DNA of 63,896 nucleotides, counting the filler, from Octopus bimaculoides (taxonomy: Eukaryota), in assembly GCF_001194135.2 (NCBI RefSeq). It is 5 parts of 5 records of this genome, joined end to end, with 100 filler letters (N's around TTAATTAATTAA, not from the genome) between each part and the next. Parts side by side here need not be neighbours in the genome. Positions count along the whole stretch, not along the records: positions 12,324 to 30,892 come from NC_068981.1; positions 30,993 to 50,951 come from NC_068983.1; 3 more parts are not named here. One strand, 5' to 3'. Shown piece by piece: positions 24,799 through 38,871 of the stretch. Position 1 is the first letter of the stretch, and each line of letters starts with the position of its first letter. The notes below the pieces were generated by a model that worked only from the letters and a program-made list of their open reading frames with translations, ran no database searches and was not told where the DNA came from. The translations under genes were made by a program, and so were the position numbers.

Positions 24799-26018
24799 TA
24801 TATAAAGCATATATAACTGAATCATTGTTTTTGTTATCTATCTATCTATCTATTTATCTATCTATCGATCGATCGATTTTTGAATATTGATTACAACTTT
24901 ATTGGGTGAGTCAAAAGCATTAAAAAGATTGCTTTTCTGAAAGGAAGCTAGTCGTCATAAAGAACATTAACTCTTATATGGTATTTTAAAACTCTTAAGA
25001 GTTATTTCCCTTTAAACAAATAGCCCGATCTTTAGTTGCATAGTTTACTAATTTCCAGGTTTTGAGTTTATTTTTTCTTTACAAACATTCTTCAGTAAGA
25101 TGTTTGAAAACTTTAGATCACCTATTTTAAATATTAAATCCAGCATAGGATTCTTAAAGGTCATTGTCTAATTTTGCATTTATTTAGTACTCCAGTGTTT
25201 ATTTGTAGGTTATTGGAATGTATTTTCTCCTATAATATATAAAGTAGCGCATTTTCCCGATCGGATTTCTCTGAAAATAAATGTTTTTTGATTAATATTT
25301 TTGAATGAAATTTTAGGAATATAACGTAAATATAATTCTTTTGTCAAATTGTAATTCTATTATTTTCTTTTAACGTCAAATATTTCTATAAAATACATTC
25401 GTGAATGCCGGCTTTTCTGATGCTTTACGTTGAACTCCGTTATGGCTTTTATACGTGTATAATTAGTAATTAACATCAAAGGTCTTTATTCACATGCTGG
25501 GCTGGACTACTTTTAATTTGCTACCGAATTAGTCTGGCTCTATAAGCTTTATTTTAAAGGTATTCTAGTCATAACTATTCCTTCTTTTTCGTATATCAGA
25601 AGCTATACTATCCATCATATAATTCTTTGTTTTTAGATCGTAACGTATGATTTAGCTTCTATTTCTACAAGGTCAGGTGGTCACATATGAATTCCTTTGA
25701 TACTTCGTGAGATGATGTATTTTTGGACGTTGTTGTAGTGGCTTTTCGTGTACGTCCTCTTGGTTTATTAATAACGGATAAATCACTATTTCACCTCATT
25801 TGAGTAAAGTCTCTAGTTATGTTAGGCCTTACAATCACTGACATGATGATATTTATTCGCGATCTCACACCTGTAACTGCAAAATCTTAGTCCTGACGAT
25901 TAAATTTTTTCTTCAGTCACATATAATAGGTTTGTGTTTCAGCTACACACGCAAACATCCACTGCCAAATCGAAAAACTCTAGCGTAACTCACATGTACG
26001 TACGTATATATACGTAAG

Positions 26019-26052
<34 letters not shown>

Positions 26053-26059
26053 CACACAT

Positions 26060-26119
<60 letters not shown>

Positions 26120-26284
26120 CGTGTGTACATATATACATATACATACATGTGCGTGCGTGCGTGCGTAAATACCGGATACTGTCCCAATTGAAAATTGACC
26201 TGTTTGATATTGATTTCAAATTTTGAAAAATGGCCAGCAATTTCGGGAAAGCGGATAAATCCATTACATCGAGCCTAGTGTTCA

Positions 26285-26429
26285 ACTGGTACTTACTTTA
26301 TCAGCCCAGAAAGATGAAAGGCAAAGTCGATCCCAGCTGAATTTGAACCCAGAATACAGAGACGGAAAAAATGCCGCTAAGCATTTATATTTCACGGCGC
26401 GGTAACGACTATGCCAGCCCGCTGCCTTC
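26285..26429 (-). mobile_element. SINE family B, diverged 5' part
   Basis: GATGAAAGGCAAAGTCGA..AATTTGAACCCAGAA..GCCGCTAAGCATT..GCCAGCCCGCTGCC. Confidence 0.85.
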
Positions 26430-26819
26430 AGGCGCGTTTAATATTGAACTGTCTCGATTATAATCATATACTTACATTCTAAGAAGGTACCCTCCACCCC
26501 GCCAAAAAAGAAAAAGTGTCAGCCCTGCTGCGCATAACTCAGATACAAGCCAACGAACATGGTTATGTTGTAGCTCAGTCTACGCCTAGCACTGGGTTTA
26601 TTTTCCCAGAAACCCAGTAGGTCTGTGATGTATTTACATCCTAATAGTAGTGTTATTGCGGTTATTGTTGTATTAAGACATTTTGTTTTAGAGATCATCA
26701 TCATCATCATAATTGAGCTATTAATAATTGGCTACCGAATTAGCCTGGCTTCATAAACCTTATTTCCAAAAGTATTCTAGCCATGACTTTTCCTTCTTTT
26801 TCGTATACCAGAGGCTATA

Positions 26820-26990
26820 CAATAATCCCTTCCGCTGTGTTACGTTCCAAAACCCGCCGCGATAGGTGAAAATCCGCGAAGTAGAAAAAGTACTTGTACT
26901 GTATATATTTTTTAGAATTATATTTTTATAATTTATGCATATCTATTTTACTATTTTTATATATTTAAACGTTTATAAACTCTCCGCACA
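26820..26990 (+). mobile_element. Probable single end of a Tigger/pogo-like MITE
   Basis: TA|CAATAATCCC..GTTCCAAAACCCGCCGCGATAGGTGAAAATCCGCGAAGTAG; CpG-rich terminus; no partner TIR found. Confidence 0.45.
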
Positions 26991-27046
26991 CTCTTAGGAG
27001 TACCCGTGTCTTCTTTTGTTTTGCGGGTGAGAAACATGATGGTGGG

Positions 27047-27108
<62 letters not shown>

Positions 27109-27150
27109 ACCTATGATGGATAGATGGATAGATAGATAGATGTATGTATG

Positions 27151-27205
<55 letters not shown>
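27047..27205. repeat. (TATC)n followed by inverted (GATA)n
   Basis: Direct read; the two tracts are mutually complementary. Confidence 0.95.
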
Positions 27206-27209
<4 letters not shown>

Positions 27210-27449
27210 CCCTGTCCAACCCTCATTAAACCCCGACATCTCCCCATCACCATCTTTCCTCTCTTGTTTTGTTTTTTCTTTTGCAGTTTACCTGTAGGTT
27301 TCTTTTGAATCTCTTGCAATGTCAACAGCACAGTTTTCTTAATGATATATTAATTATTGATCTAATATGATATATTAATTATTGATCTAATAAAGCTGCC
27401 TGTTTCTTTCTACTAAACTCTATCTTTCGTTTCTTATTCAGCTTTACGA

Positions 27450-28440
27450 AATCAATGATCTATATATTTTTTCCTTTTTGAGTACAGTGTGTACAAACAC
27501 TACAGACTGGTACTTGTTGCACTTTGAATCTACCTTGTATAGTATCTTAAATTTTCTTTCTAACGTTCCTGGATTTGTCTTGATATCTGGGGCACACTCG
27601 ATTCACATCTTTACTGATGATAACACCAAACTTTTCCCCCCAACCCCTTCGTACAACCTTACTCTTTGCCATTGGTTATATCTGGAGAATTGTATGCGGT
27701 GGATGAAATCCTCAGGATTTTGTGGCTTGCAGATTTGATGCTAGCAGAATGCATTTCTTATCTTCTTTTATAGATACACTTTTAGGATGTTTATCTTTAC
27801 ATAGGGCAGGTCAGAGTAACCAAGTGCTGTACGACCATCGTTTCACATTATGTAAATACGAGAATTGTACTTCAGTTTTCTAGTGTTTGCAGCCAGTGTT
27901 CAATTTGTAAGATATATAGTGCCTGTAAGGATAGAAATTTTTCACCACGGTACTTTGGGTCTCCATGACGCTTTCTTTTAACTCCTAAATGTCATCCGCT
28001 GAATCTTTTTCCTAAATACTATCCTAGTGTCCATTCAAAAAGATCATAAAGTATTTGACTATGTCTGAAGTGATGCTGAAACATTGCCTAACCCATTTTC
28101 CTGAATATGTTATTAAACTTAAGTATGGATTATATCAATGTTGTTTCTATTCTGGCTCTGATAGCACTGAATTATATTTCTTAACTTAGCATAGTTTGCT
28201 GAAGTTTGGATATGTTTAGTTCGTCCGTTCCAGTACTTGTTATGAGGTTATTCTTTTACTGGCGAGGTAATGGTGGGTTGGTTTCCTCGACCAGGTCTGG
28301 TGGGAAAAAATTCTTTTTGGGTTATGTTTGTTTAAGTAATTATTATTGCATGTGATTTTTAGAAGTCCTGGTTTCTTGGAATTGTGAGAGTGATGTATAC
28401 AACTGCCAACATACTTATCTGCATATAACAATCCACATAA
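27450..28440 (-). pseudogene. Degraded LINE ORF2 3' portion
   Basis: LCGLLYADK (YADD-like, about 28440-28414), VKYF (KYLG-like) and a C-terminal C..PEDFIH..F..Y..W.RVRL-like segment; many stops. Confidence 0.4.
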
Positions 28441-28734
28441 TAGTCTATATATAACTACCTACACCCCCTTCACAATTCCAGCTCACAAGCTAACAATACA
28501 TAGATTCTTTGCAACACAGTTTCTTTCCCTCACCAGGCCCTGCTCTATTTAAGACTATCCCAAAACAAATCAAAGAAGAAAACATCCCATCACCTTCAAG
28601 CGAAACTTAGACAACTGCAAACTGGAGGAGTTTCATAAATAGAAAACCACTTTAAGCCCCACGCAAGCAGCATTAAACTCATGCTAAACAGACATAAGTT
28701 AAGATGCCTCAAACAAATAGTGCATATAGGCACC

Positions 28735-28826
28735 GGTGTGGATGTGTGGTTTCTATGATAGCCTTGAGCTAAGCAAGACCTTGTGAGTGGATTTGATTGA
28801 CGGAAACTGAAAGACGTTCATCGTAT
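28735..28826 (+). mobile_element. Internally deleted SINE family A
   Basis: GGTGTGGATGTGTGG joined directly to TAGCCTTGAGC..CCTTGTGAGTGGATTTG..GGAAACTGAAAG. Confidence 0.75.
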
Positions 28827-29034
28827 ATATATATATATATATTAAATATATATTTTTTTAACCAAAAAATTTGGTAAAAAATATAGTATCTGTTAACAAT
28901 CTTAGCAAAAAACTCAGAGTCGAGTTTTTGAATATATATCAACTTAAATAGAGCTCAAAATTGATCCGTTGAAAATACTTTATNNNNNNNNNNTAAAGTA
29001 TTTTCAACGGATCAATTTTGAGCTCTATTTAAGT

Positions 29035-29073
<39 letters not shown>

Positions 29074-29877
29074 AGTTGCAATTATTAAATTGTCGCCATT
29101 TTATTTTTTATTTCAAGCATGTGCATCGTTTGTTTTTGATTTTGTCGACTTCACAATATAATAGTCAGTTATATCTACCTTCAGTATTTTGACCCCGTCA
29201 TAGTTTTGGAAATAACTTGTTAATATTTTTTGTTTGCTATATTCCTTTCACAATAATGCAAAAATATGACAAACCTTAGTCAGGGTTGAAACCGGTAGGG
29301 AAGGTTCTGTTACTATCTTTTGCCATACAGTGTATTTTGAAATTATGTACACATTAAATGCTATTACATTCTGAAATTAAATAAAAACTTTTAGTACATT
29401 TTCGATTTTACTTTTTGTTTCTTAAATTGTTATACATATATATGATTTCAGTGATATTTTAAACTTCTAAACTTTTTCTCTGCAAACTCACACATATATA
29501 CACACATACATATATACACNNNNNNNNNNCATATATACACACATACATATATACACATATATACGTACATGAGAGAGTAAGAGAGACGCGAAGTTGGATT
29601 CCCGAGGGCGATGTTTACAACATTCTCTCGTCTTCACGTGTGTGTGTTTGTGTCTGTCTGTGTGTATGTATTTGTGCGTGTGTATGTGTGTACGCCTGTG
29701 TGTGTGTATCTGCGTGCGTGTTTGTTTGTTAGTAAGCACATCAGTCTATAAAATGATTAATAAAATTTGAGTATATTTCTAAAGTATCCAATAACTAGTA
29801 ATATGCTGGCAGGTTGTTTTCAGATAAAGATGAAATGAAATCTTGTTTGAATTTGCAAGTCCGAAAAAAAAAATATG

Positions 29878-29927
<50 letters not shown>

Positions 29928-30523
29928 CAACAGATAAAGTTTTTAGTACTAGAATTTCTAGCTGCGAGATATATTCTAGTTTATTGTAAAATGTGTTTTG
30001 TTGTAAGGTGAGTCTATTTGAAGTAGTCTGTTACAACAACAGTCATATCAACAACAGAAAGCAAATATTAATGTTTACACTAACAACGGTTTAGCCTTTA
30101 AGTAATTATTTAAAATTTGATCCAGACTTCACTTACACTATGGATCATAACAATTTTCTACACCTGTATTTGTTCGACAATGAGTAAAACAACGAAACAT
30201 GAGTATTATTTAACAGATTCTATAATAATCACCGCGTATTTCTCGGATAGAATTAATAAACAGACGGGTAAAAGAAAAAAATATATAACAACGCGTGTAA
30301 ACCATGTTTGCTGAATTGTGAAAAAGTGCTTTGTATTTTCAATTCTCCTTTTGGCTCTGAATAATACCAATTATAAAAGGAATCCACTTCTATGCTTTCT
30401 CGATTCAATTTGTTTCTGATACGTAAATGGTTCCAACCGTCTGTAAATATATGTTATAAATGCACCCACTTCACAACACACACGTCATATGTGCCCATGT
30501 GTAACAGTATATTATGCATATGT

Positions 30524-30892
30524 GGAGGCGCAATGGCCCAGTGGTTAGGGCAGCGTACTCGCGGTTTCGATTCCCAGAGTGGGCGTTTGTGAGTGTTTAT
30601 TGAGCGAAAACACTTAAAGCTCCACGAGGTTCCGGCAGCGGGGGTGGGGGTGGGGGCCGAACCCGGCTGTACTCTTTCACCACAACTTTCACTCTTTCTT
30701 CCTGCTTCTGTTGTACCTGTAATTCAAAGGGGTCAGCCTTGTCACACTTTGTGTCACGCTGAATCTCTCCGAGAACTACGTTAAGGGTACACGAGCCTGT
30801 GGAGTGCTCAGCCACTTACATGTCAATTTCACAAGCAGGCTGTTCCGTTGATCGGATCAACAGAAGCCCTCGTCGTCGTAACCGACGGAGTG
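30524..30892 (+). mobile_element. SINE family C, full length
   Basis: GGAGGCGCAATGGCCCAGTGGTTAGG..GTTTCGATTCCCAG; ends GTCGTAACCGACGGAGTG; matches 13738-14102. Confidence 0.92.
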
Positions 30893-30992
30893 NNNNNNNN
30901 NNNNNNNNNNNNNNNNNNNNNNNNNNNNNNNNNNNNTTAATTAATTAANNNNNNNNNNNNNNNNNNNNNNNNNNNNNNNNNNNNNNNNNNNN
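30893..30992. other. Artificial scaffold-join spacer
   Basis: 44N + TTAATTAATTAA (30937-30948) + 44N. Confidence 0.95.
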
Positions 30993-31276
30993 GAGGGGGA
31001 GAGAGAGATGACATTTATAAAATTCTTGCGCAACATTAAACGTTGAAAGTAGATATGATAGAAAACTCCACTGTAAATTGCATATAAAAGCTATATTTAT
31101 ACAGTTTCTATTCAATACGGCTAACATTGCTGACATTCAACATGAACGCCATCTTTCGTAAGACATCGTACAAACCGGTTTTCCAACTCACTGAAAGCAT
31201 TCTTCAATTGGTTTTCTGTGATTTCATTGATTGCTTGTGTAACTCTGTCCCTATGTTCATCTTAAGACTTGATGAA

Positions 31277-31479
31277 GGCGACGAACTGGCAGAATCGTTA
31301 GCACGCCGAGCGAAATGCTTTGTCTGCCGTTTCGTTCTGAGTTCAAATTCCACCGAGGTCGATTTTGCCTTTCATCCTTTCGGGTTGATAAAATAAATAC
31401 CAGTTGTGCACTAGGGTCAATATAATCGACTTAACCTCTTCTCCAAAATTTCTGCCCTTGTGGCAAAATTTGAAACCAG
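31277..31479 (+). mobile_element. SINE family B, older tail variant
   Basis: GGCGACGAACTGGCAGAATCGTTAGC..GTTCAAATTCC; tail CCCTTGTGGCAAAATTTGAAACCA. Confidence 0.9.
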
Positions 31480-31509
31480 CTTAAGAGTTGATAAGTAGAC
31501 AGTAGTTAT

Positions 31510-32140
31510 ACTAAGACTCTATAAAAATAGTCACATAGAGCCATATCAGGCGAACGGGGTGACCAAGCAATTTGTCGAGCCCTATCACTCTGTTTGTCTA
31601 CATAGGTATTATTCAAAACCCGTTGGATATCTGAAACCTAGTAACATGCTACGTCGCCTTGCTGAATGATCTAACTATCATAGCTCAGATGTGAGAGAAT
31701 TCAGCAACATTAGAAGGTAACACTTACTATTCACCGTTACTCCTTCAAATAAGAAGCGGCCGAAAGTGCATGACTTCCTGGTTGAGCGAGGGCTCACTTC
31801 TCTCTGAATTCAAGCAATTGTGGCGATACATTTTACCATTGAATTGAAAAGCAGTTTTTTCAGAAAATGTCAACAATTGGGAAGTAGTAATTTTGACAAA
31901 ACCTGTTGGCAAAAAATCCATTCATGCACCGAAGTCTTCTTCCTTTAGCATTTCAACTATTTACACGTTATAAGCAGGTTCATTTCGTTTCACTTTCAGA
32001 GTCTTCTATCATCACTGCTAATGTGGTGGGATGTTTAGCACAACAGGTGCACGTTATGCTAATTTTATTGAATTTTTATAAAGTGTTTCCTGGACTTCGG
32101 TCACAGCCTCCGATGCTAACAGTTGGCCATTCACTAACAC
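31510..32140 (-). pseudogene. Tc1/mariner DD41D (rosa/VS-type) transposase relic
   Basis: YNV*IVEMLKEED, FSEKTAFQFNGKMYRHNC, FEGVTVNSKCYLLML, IIQQGD, WSPRSPDMALCDYF. Exactly 41 codons (31533-31655) separate the mutated D2 position and D3 (31530-31532). Confidence 0.75.
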
Positions 32141-32469
32141 AGTTTTTTTTGTTGTTCTTTTGTTTTTTTGTTTTTTTATTCAAACTGCTTCATCTAATTT
32201 TTAGCTAATTCCTGTGTGGTACATCTTTCGTGTAATAAGTTCTACTATTGTAATAAACGCTAATTCTGCAAGTCATAGCACTCAGTTAACCTTTTCCTCA
32301 AATGTTGCCATTTACAAAGCTTAAAGTCGCAGGATTTTATAAACACCTTATATATCTCTATATACGTGTGTACAAATTGTATGCATGTATATTTGTGTAT
32401 ATGTATATTTGTGTGTATGTGTATGTGTACGTGTATCTCTGACTGTTTTTAATGTATATGACAATGCTA

Positions 32470-32532
<63 letters not shown>

Positions 32533-35177
32533 ATGGATGGATATATAATTCATTATAGGCTGAGTATAATTACAGTAGCTGTTCAAATGCCAAGAGTTTC
32601 GTGTCGAAGCACTTAAGAAACTAACAAATCAAAAATCTCACTGCAATGACATCGAATCGTCAATAAAATACCGATTTGGTCATAATATTACAGTATATAA
32701 ATTTTTAGAACTCAAGATAGATGATCGCGTATAATGTCTAGCAACCCGTTAACCACACATTATATTGAAGTACCACAAAATTAACTTATCCGACCCTACT
32801 TTAATGAAGACTCTGATTACTAAATTGTTATGCAAAGTACACGATGCACACAAATGCAAATGTTTGGGATGGAATTCAGCACTTCGTTAGTTAAACCTCT
32901 TTTACAGCAAGCACTAGTTTTAGGCAGCAGACTGTTCATTAATTAGAGTCATGGGCGCTAACGTGTTTTGCATGCTAGAAAGCCATTTCTTTTCTCTGGT
33001 GACTAATTTGGGGTCAAGCATAAAGACACAGAACTTTTTGACATTTCCACAGGGCGTTTTGATTGAGCCTGAATATGTAATTTAATAGAATTATTTACTT
33101 TAAACTCATTACAGGCAAAATTTCACTCCCAAGATACAGAGCTTTAATAGATGACAGACTAATCACATTACGTTATTAAAGTGACCAACAGCTTGAACGT
33201 TTTAGAAGAAAAGTCTAATTGAAATGTTCAAAGAATTTAATTTAAGAATCAACGTTAGGGCCAACATTAACATAGCTAATTTCTAAAAACATAACTTTAA
33301 ACTTAATCCCAGTAAAATCTAAAAAGATATTGTAATGCATAAATATTCCAACTATTCTGCTACTTCAAAAGTCTAGCCTAGTAATAGTAATCGGATCTTG
33401 GATATATCATAAGATGAAGAATTTTTAAACCATACTTCTGAGTATTGCAATGGTATAATAGAACGTATTTAAAGAAAGAAAAATTTTGTAAGATTTTATG
33501 ATTTAACCTACCATTTAGCTTTAAATGTCGGTTCAAATATTACTTTGTCTTTCTTAAACCTACGAAACAAAATCTTTCTTTAAAAAACTTAATTTTCTCA
33601 AAATTTTCAATAGAAGCAGTGTAATGTTGAGTCATAGCTGTTTCTACGACTCTGCACACCTCTTTAGCTATAATCAATCTGGAAATACACAAAATTCACT
33701 GCCTTAATACTAATATCCACTAATATCTATCCGCTAGTCTTTTTCAATAAAACTTTTCAATAAAATGTAATGTATACAACGAACATCTTTATTGGAAATA
33801 ACAGCGACGCAGAAAAAGGTTACAAGGGATTCACAGACAAAACAGAAAGATATATAAAAAAGATTTAACCAAAATACTTATTCGATTAGATATGAACGGA
33901 CAAGGATATTCACAATTTCTAGATCTGCCGGTTAAATGTCGGAACTGTGTTCTCATACATTACTAAATTCAAATTCATTCTCTGTTTATCTGAAAAGTAT
34001 AATATATCGATGCAACCACTTAATCTGTTAACTTCTCTCCGAATTTAGTCTCTCCTTATCTCACCAGAGAAAGAGCATCTTGCCAACATTCAGTTTGTAT
34101 ACCGGACAAATTTTGTAATACACTGTTATTTTCACTGTCAGAAACTTTTTCGTATCCTCTCAAAACTCGTATTTAATATCACAGTACTTTTTTTTCCCCC
34201 TATTCATTTCATCGCTGCCGTAGTTGTACAGCAGGTTATTTACGGGCAACCTCGCTTGCATTGTAGAATTTCACATCATATACTGGACCTCTTGCATGTA
34301 ACATTCACCTGAATTTTGATATCTCACTGCAGTTCCATTCCCCTTCATTTAAACAACTGAGGTAAATACAACTAAATGCATATATATTTATGCACATGAG
34401 GGTCGACTCCTGTACTCTATTTTACAACTTCTTTTTGTCTTCTTCTTTATTCAATGTACGTAAATGCGCCGTTGCAATTCCACTAAGAAATAAAATTAGA
34501 ATCTGCATACTCAAGCATGTACACATCATTACAACACCCATCTCGAAGTATGTAAAAATAAATGCGCATGTGGGGAGATTTCCAGGTATTTATACATGTA
34601 TGGACATACATATATGTGTATGTATATGTATGCTTGTAGGTTTTACATATTAGTGTATACGTGCATGAATGCATTTGCGTATAAGCCATACATGTACGTG
34701 CATGCATATATACACACGTCAGCGATCACTGAACTCTACAATTACGACTATATGGTCTTCATGGATATAATTCCACTGTGCCCAGATGAGAATGTTTAAA
34801 ACTGTAACTTATTGACGGGACATCTAAAATAAAAAGTCGGACTGCAAAAGGGTATAACATGTAGAAAGAAAAAAATTATATATACGTATTACTGAATTAT
34901 ATATGCATTACATGGGAGAATGGTATCAAAATAAGTGTGTGTGCGTGTGTGCGTATGTCTGTGTGTGTGCGTTTATGTGTGTGTAACATATTAGGAACAT
35001 AGTATATAGATATACACAGAATATAAGTATTTGTGGATTGCGATTGTGGGAAGAAATATATACTAAGCTTTGCTATGTGTGTGTACACACATTCTACATA
35101 TGTGTAGGCTTTTTATGTATATGCGCGACTATGTTTAAGAATGAGTGTTCTGACTGTGTGGGATGAAAATAACACAT

Positions 35178-35447
35178 TTTGGAAACTGAAAATGCCTAAG
35201 AACTAAAATGTTGTTATTTTTTAATTGCTAGAAAAATGCAAAATTTTCGCTGAGATCAATCAAGAGCATTTACTTCTTCAAGCTCCCTAAACTCCGAAAA
35301 TGAGGGATTTTTGTAAATTTTTTACAATAGCGGAGTTTGTGGGTTTGAGGGAGCAAATGCCCTTGACTGATCTAAGCGAAAATTTAGCATTTTTCTAGTA
35401 ATAATATACAGCAAGATTCTAGGCCTCAGGCATTTTCAATTTCTACA
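35178..35447. mobile_element. Foldback MITE with ~120-bp imperfect arms
   Basis: GAAACTGAAAATGCCT / AGGCATTTTCAATTTC and CTAGAAAAATGCAAAATTTTCGCTGAGATCA / TGATCTAAGCGAAAATTTAGCATTTTTCTAG. Confidence 0.8.
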
Positions 35448-36432
35448 ATTGTTTTTATTTTCACTCCAACTTAACACACATGTATGTGTGTGCGGGTAAT
35501 ATATATATACANNNNNNNNNNNNNNNNNNNNNNNNNNNNNNNNNNNNNNNNNNNNNNNNNNNNNNNNNNNNNNNNNNNNNNNNNNNNNNNNNNNNNNNNN
35601 NNNNNNNNNNNNNNNNNNNNNNNNNNNNNNNNNNNNNNNNNNNNNNNNNNNNNNNNNNNNNNNNNNNNNNNNNNNNNNNNNNNNNNNNNNNNNNNNNNNN
35701 NNNNNNNNNNNNNNNNNNNNNNNNNNNNNNNNNNNNNNNNNNNNNNNNNNNNNNNNNNNNNNNNNNNNNNNNNNNNNNNNNNNNNNNNNNNNNNNNNNNN
35801 NNNNNNNNNNNNNNNNNNNTATATATATATATATGGATGTATGTGTGTGTATATGTATATATATATATATATATACATGAACACACATATATATATATAT
35901 ATAGCTGCACATATATGCTTTTATGTATACATTCCTGTTATTGAATCGGTAGGTCTGTATAAATATTTCATACTCTTAGTTTTCTTCATCCTTTCCTCCC
36001 CAACACAATACACCCTTTCTTAAACACGCCACACTTCCACAATGCCACACGCATATTCTTATCACTCCCTCCAGAAATATGCTCTAATTTATGTAATCCC
36101 ATCATTCATAAACATATTTTTTTTAATTTTCTGTATATTTTATCTTATTTCATTCTACTCTGTTTTAATGGACATATGCGTGTACATGCGTATGTCTTTG
36201 TGTGTATGTGTGTACCTAAGTATGTATATATGCATGCATCATACTTAATATAAATACATCTCTGAAAGGCAAGTTTACTGCGGTATTCGCCCATAGATAA
36301 CATCTCTTGTGGGCACGCTGTTGTTAAAATACTATTCATCTCCAGAGGAAAATTAAAATTGTCCCAGCAACCATGATATATTTTCTGGTATACTATTTTC
36401 TATTACACTGATTCTATTGCATATAATTGATA

Positions 36433-36463
<31 letters not shown>

Positions 36464-36833
36464 NNNNNNNNNNATACATATGTAGATATAGGAGAATTTG
36501 TTGTTGAAAATGCATCTGAAATTGAAAAACTTGTAATTGTTTTTAAATAAATTTACTCACATACATACCAAACAAATTTGTATGTATGTATGTATATACG
36601 TATGTATGTATGTTTGTGTATGTATGTGTATATGTATGTATGTATATACAATTTATTGCTATATTTAATAATTTATAAATATGTGTGTATGTGTGTGCGT
36701 GTGTGGGGGTGTCATTTATAGTCTTAATTAATATTTTAATCTATTTATCTACTTAATTTTCTTGACCATAGCTGTCAGTACCTGAGCAATACCTTCTGTG
36801 ACATTGGCCGTCACGCACACACACACGCACACG

Positions 36834-36865
<32 letters not shown>

Positions 36866-38083
36866 TACATACATACATACATACATACACATTCTTATCA
36901 AACGAACAAAAATGAAAGCGTTTTGAGAACTTTTTCATGGACAAAAGTAAAAAAGTATTTACATTTTTATCAAAGTATGTTACCGACTTCACTTGCTTTA
37001 GAAAGATGATTTAGTCCTGCCGAAATGACAGGAACAATAAACTGAAATAAATTAAATTAATCTTTAGTGAGATTAGTTCTGTAAGTTCACATGTTTTTCT
37101 TACAAAAACCATATGGCGCTGGTGTTTTGTTTCCTTGTGATTGCTGTNNNNNNNNNNGATTAGTTCTGTAAGTTCACATGTTTTTCTTACAAAAACCATA
37201 TGGCGCTGGTGTTTTGTTTCCTTGTGATTGCTGTTGGATCGTGGTGGTATTTGCAGCATTACCAACACTCCTGCATTTTTTAAGCATTTACTTTTCTTTT
37301 TTGTGTTTTTTTTAATTGTACTCGTGTGAAACCTTTTAATCTTTTCAATATATATATATAGTTGGAATTTACAAAAAAAAAAGACGAAGATGGGTGTGTA
37401 AACAATAAACAAAGGCAGAACGAGCATCTCAAGTCATTTAGAATAATTTAATTAGGGTAAGGTGAATTTGAAGTCTTACAACCGTTTCTGAGATAACCCA
37501 AGTGGTAGGTTAACATGTCCACGCACTAGGTATTCCTTCATCAGAAACAAGGTATGAATATTTTAGATGGGGAAAAATTTAGTTTCCAAGGAATAAAATT
37601 CACAGTTTATAAAGAATAAAATAGAAGAATGAAGGAGTAGAATAAGAATAAAGAGTAAACGTGGTTAGAAGAATATAGGCAAGAGAATAATATTCACAAC
37701 TCAACTTTTTCCAGAGGATATGAAAATAATATAATATATACCTGCTATAACGGAACTCTAACATGGATCCCCAGATCCAACCTTAGTTGTAATCTTGGAA
37801 CCTAACGGACGACTAACTACAGTACTTACACAGCGTACCTATTCGCCTAGATCACAAGTGAACTAAGCCCCTCATATATATATATAAAGAGAATGAGGTG
37901 GGTTGAAGGTACAGTTCCTCACAGGGAATGACCATTGGCCCAATCACTGAGATCTGTACTCTCGATTCCGTCAATGAATATATAAACTGTATTTGATGGC
38001 ACTTTTTTCTCACAATGTCTCAAAATATCACCCCGAGTCCTATATGCGAAACTGGGCCTCCCTTAAATTGATTTTGTATCCAA

Positions 38084-38795
38084 TAGTGGCGGCTCGTGTG
38101 TAGGCACTGCGGAATTGCAGCACCTCCTATTTCCACTCGATATTATCGATAACATTCAATAGAATGAGTCCTTTTTTCTTTAATTCTTTCTTTATACTTG
38201 TACATCATATAATCCTTAAATTTAATGTCAGTAGCCATCCCCTAGTTTATGAAAAAAATACAAAAATTCTTGTATAGAATTGTACGCTTCGCAGTTCCAG
38301 CGACGCGGTGTTTGGCTGTTGTGCTCATGCTCACATGTCCGAGATAGGGAGCTTCACGCTAAGGAGAAAGAGCACTGTGGTTCATGCAGTGCCGACTCTG
38401 GTGTGCTGGTGAAAGGTAGTTTCTTTTTGACTCCATGTGTGTTGTGCTTAAAAACGTGTTTATATTCTTGAATGTGATTAAGTGTAGAATTAGGTTATTA
38501 TCCTGCTTCCAGCTACAGTGTTGCTTCTAGAATTTGAAAAATAGAGCAGATTCCCACCACCCACCACCCTAATTTTGTGATTTAGGTGGAATTTTTGAAA
38601 AGCAAGGGGGAATTTGCGGTGGTGTTCGGTGAACAAATCAAACACACTACCCGGCAGTGGCTAAAACGCGAACCAATTAGGTTTGTGTATAAATTTTCTT
38701 TTTATATGTTTGTTTTCTTTTACACAATATCAAAACAACGGCTAAAAATTTTCTGAAGCAGCACCCCAACTAATTTTATATACGAGCCGCCACTG
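38084..38795. mobile_element. Non-autonomous hAT-like element (712 bp)
   Basis: TIRs (T/C)AGTGGCGGCTCGT / ACGAGCCGCCACTG; 8-bp flanks GTATCCAA / GTACCTAA match at 6/8, consistent with a decayed hAT TSD. Confidence 0.8.
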
Positions 38796-38871
38796 GTACC
38801 TAACGTACCTTACTTTAATCTAATTATAATCCAAACTCACTCTTCTACCTAGCTTTACTCTGTAATAATAA

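Noticed and set aside
37071-37234. 77-bp tandem duplication (similar cases at 19631-19641 and 29520-29529)
   Set aside because: Exact copies flank a 10-N gap, which is the signature of unmerged overlapping contig ends.
37530-37550. Hammerhead candidates CTGATGA-AGG(AATA)CCT (minus strand) and CTGATGA-GAT(GTAGT)ATC at about 63459
   Set aside because: The GAAA after stem II and a matching stem I are missing.
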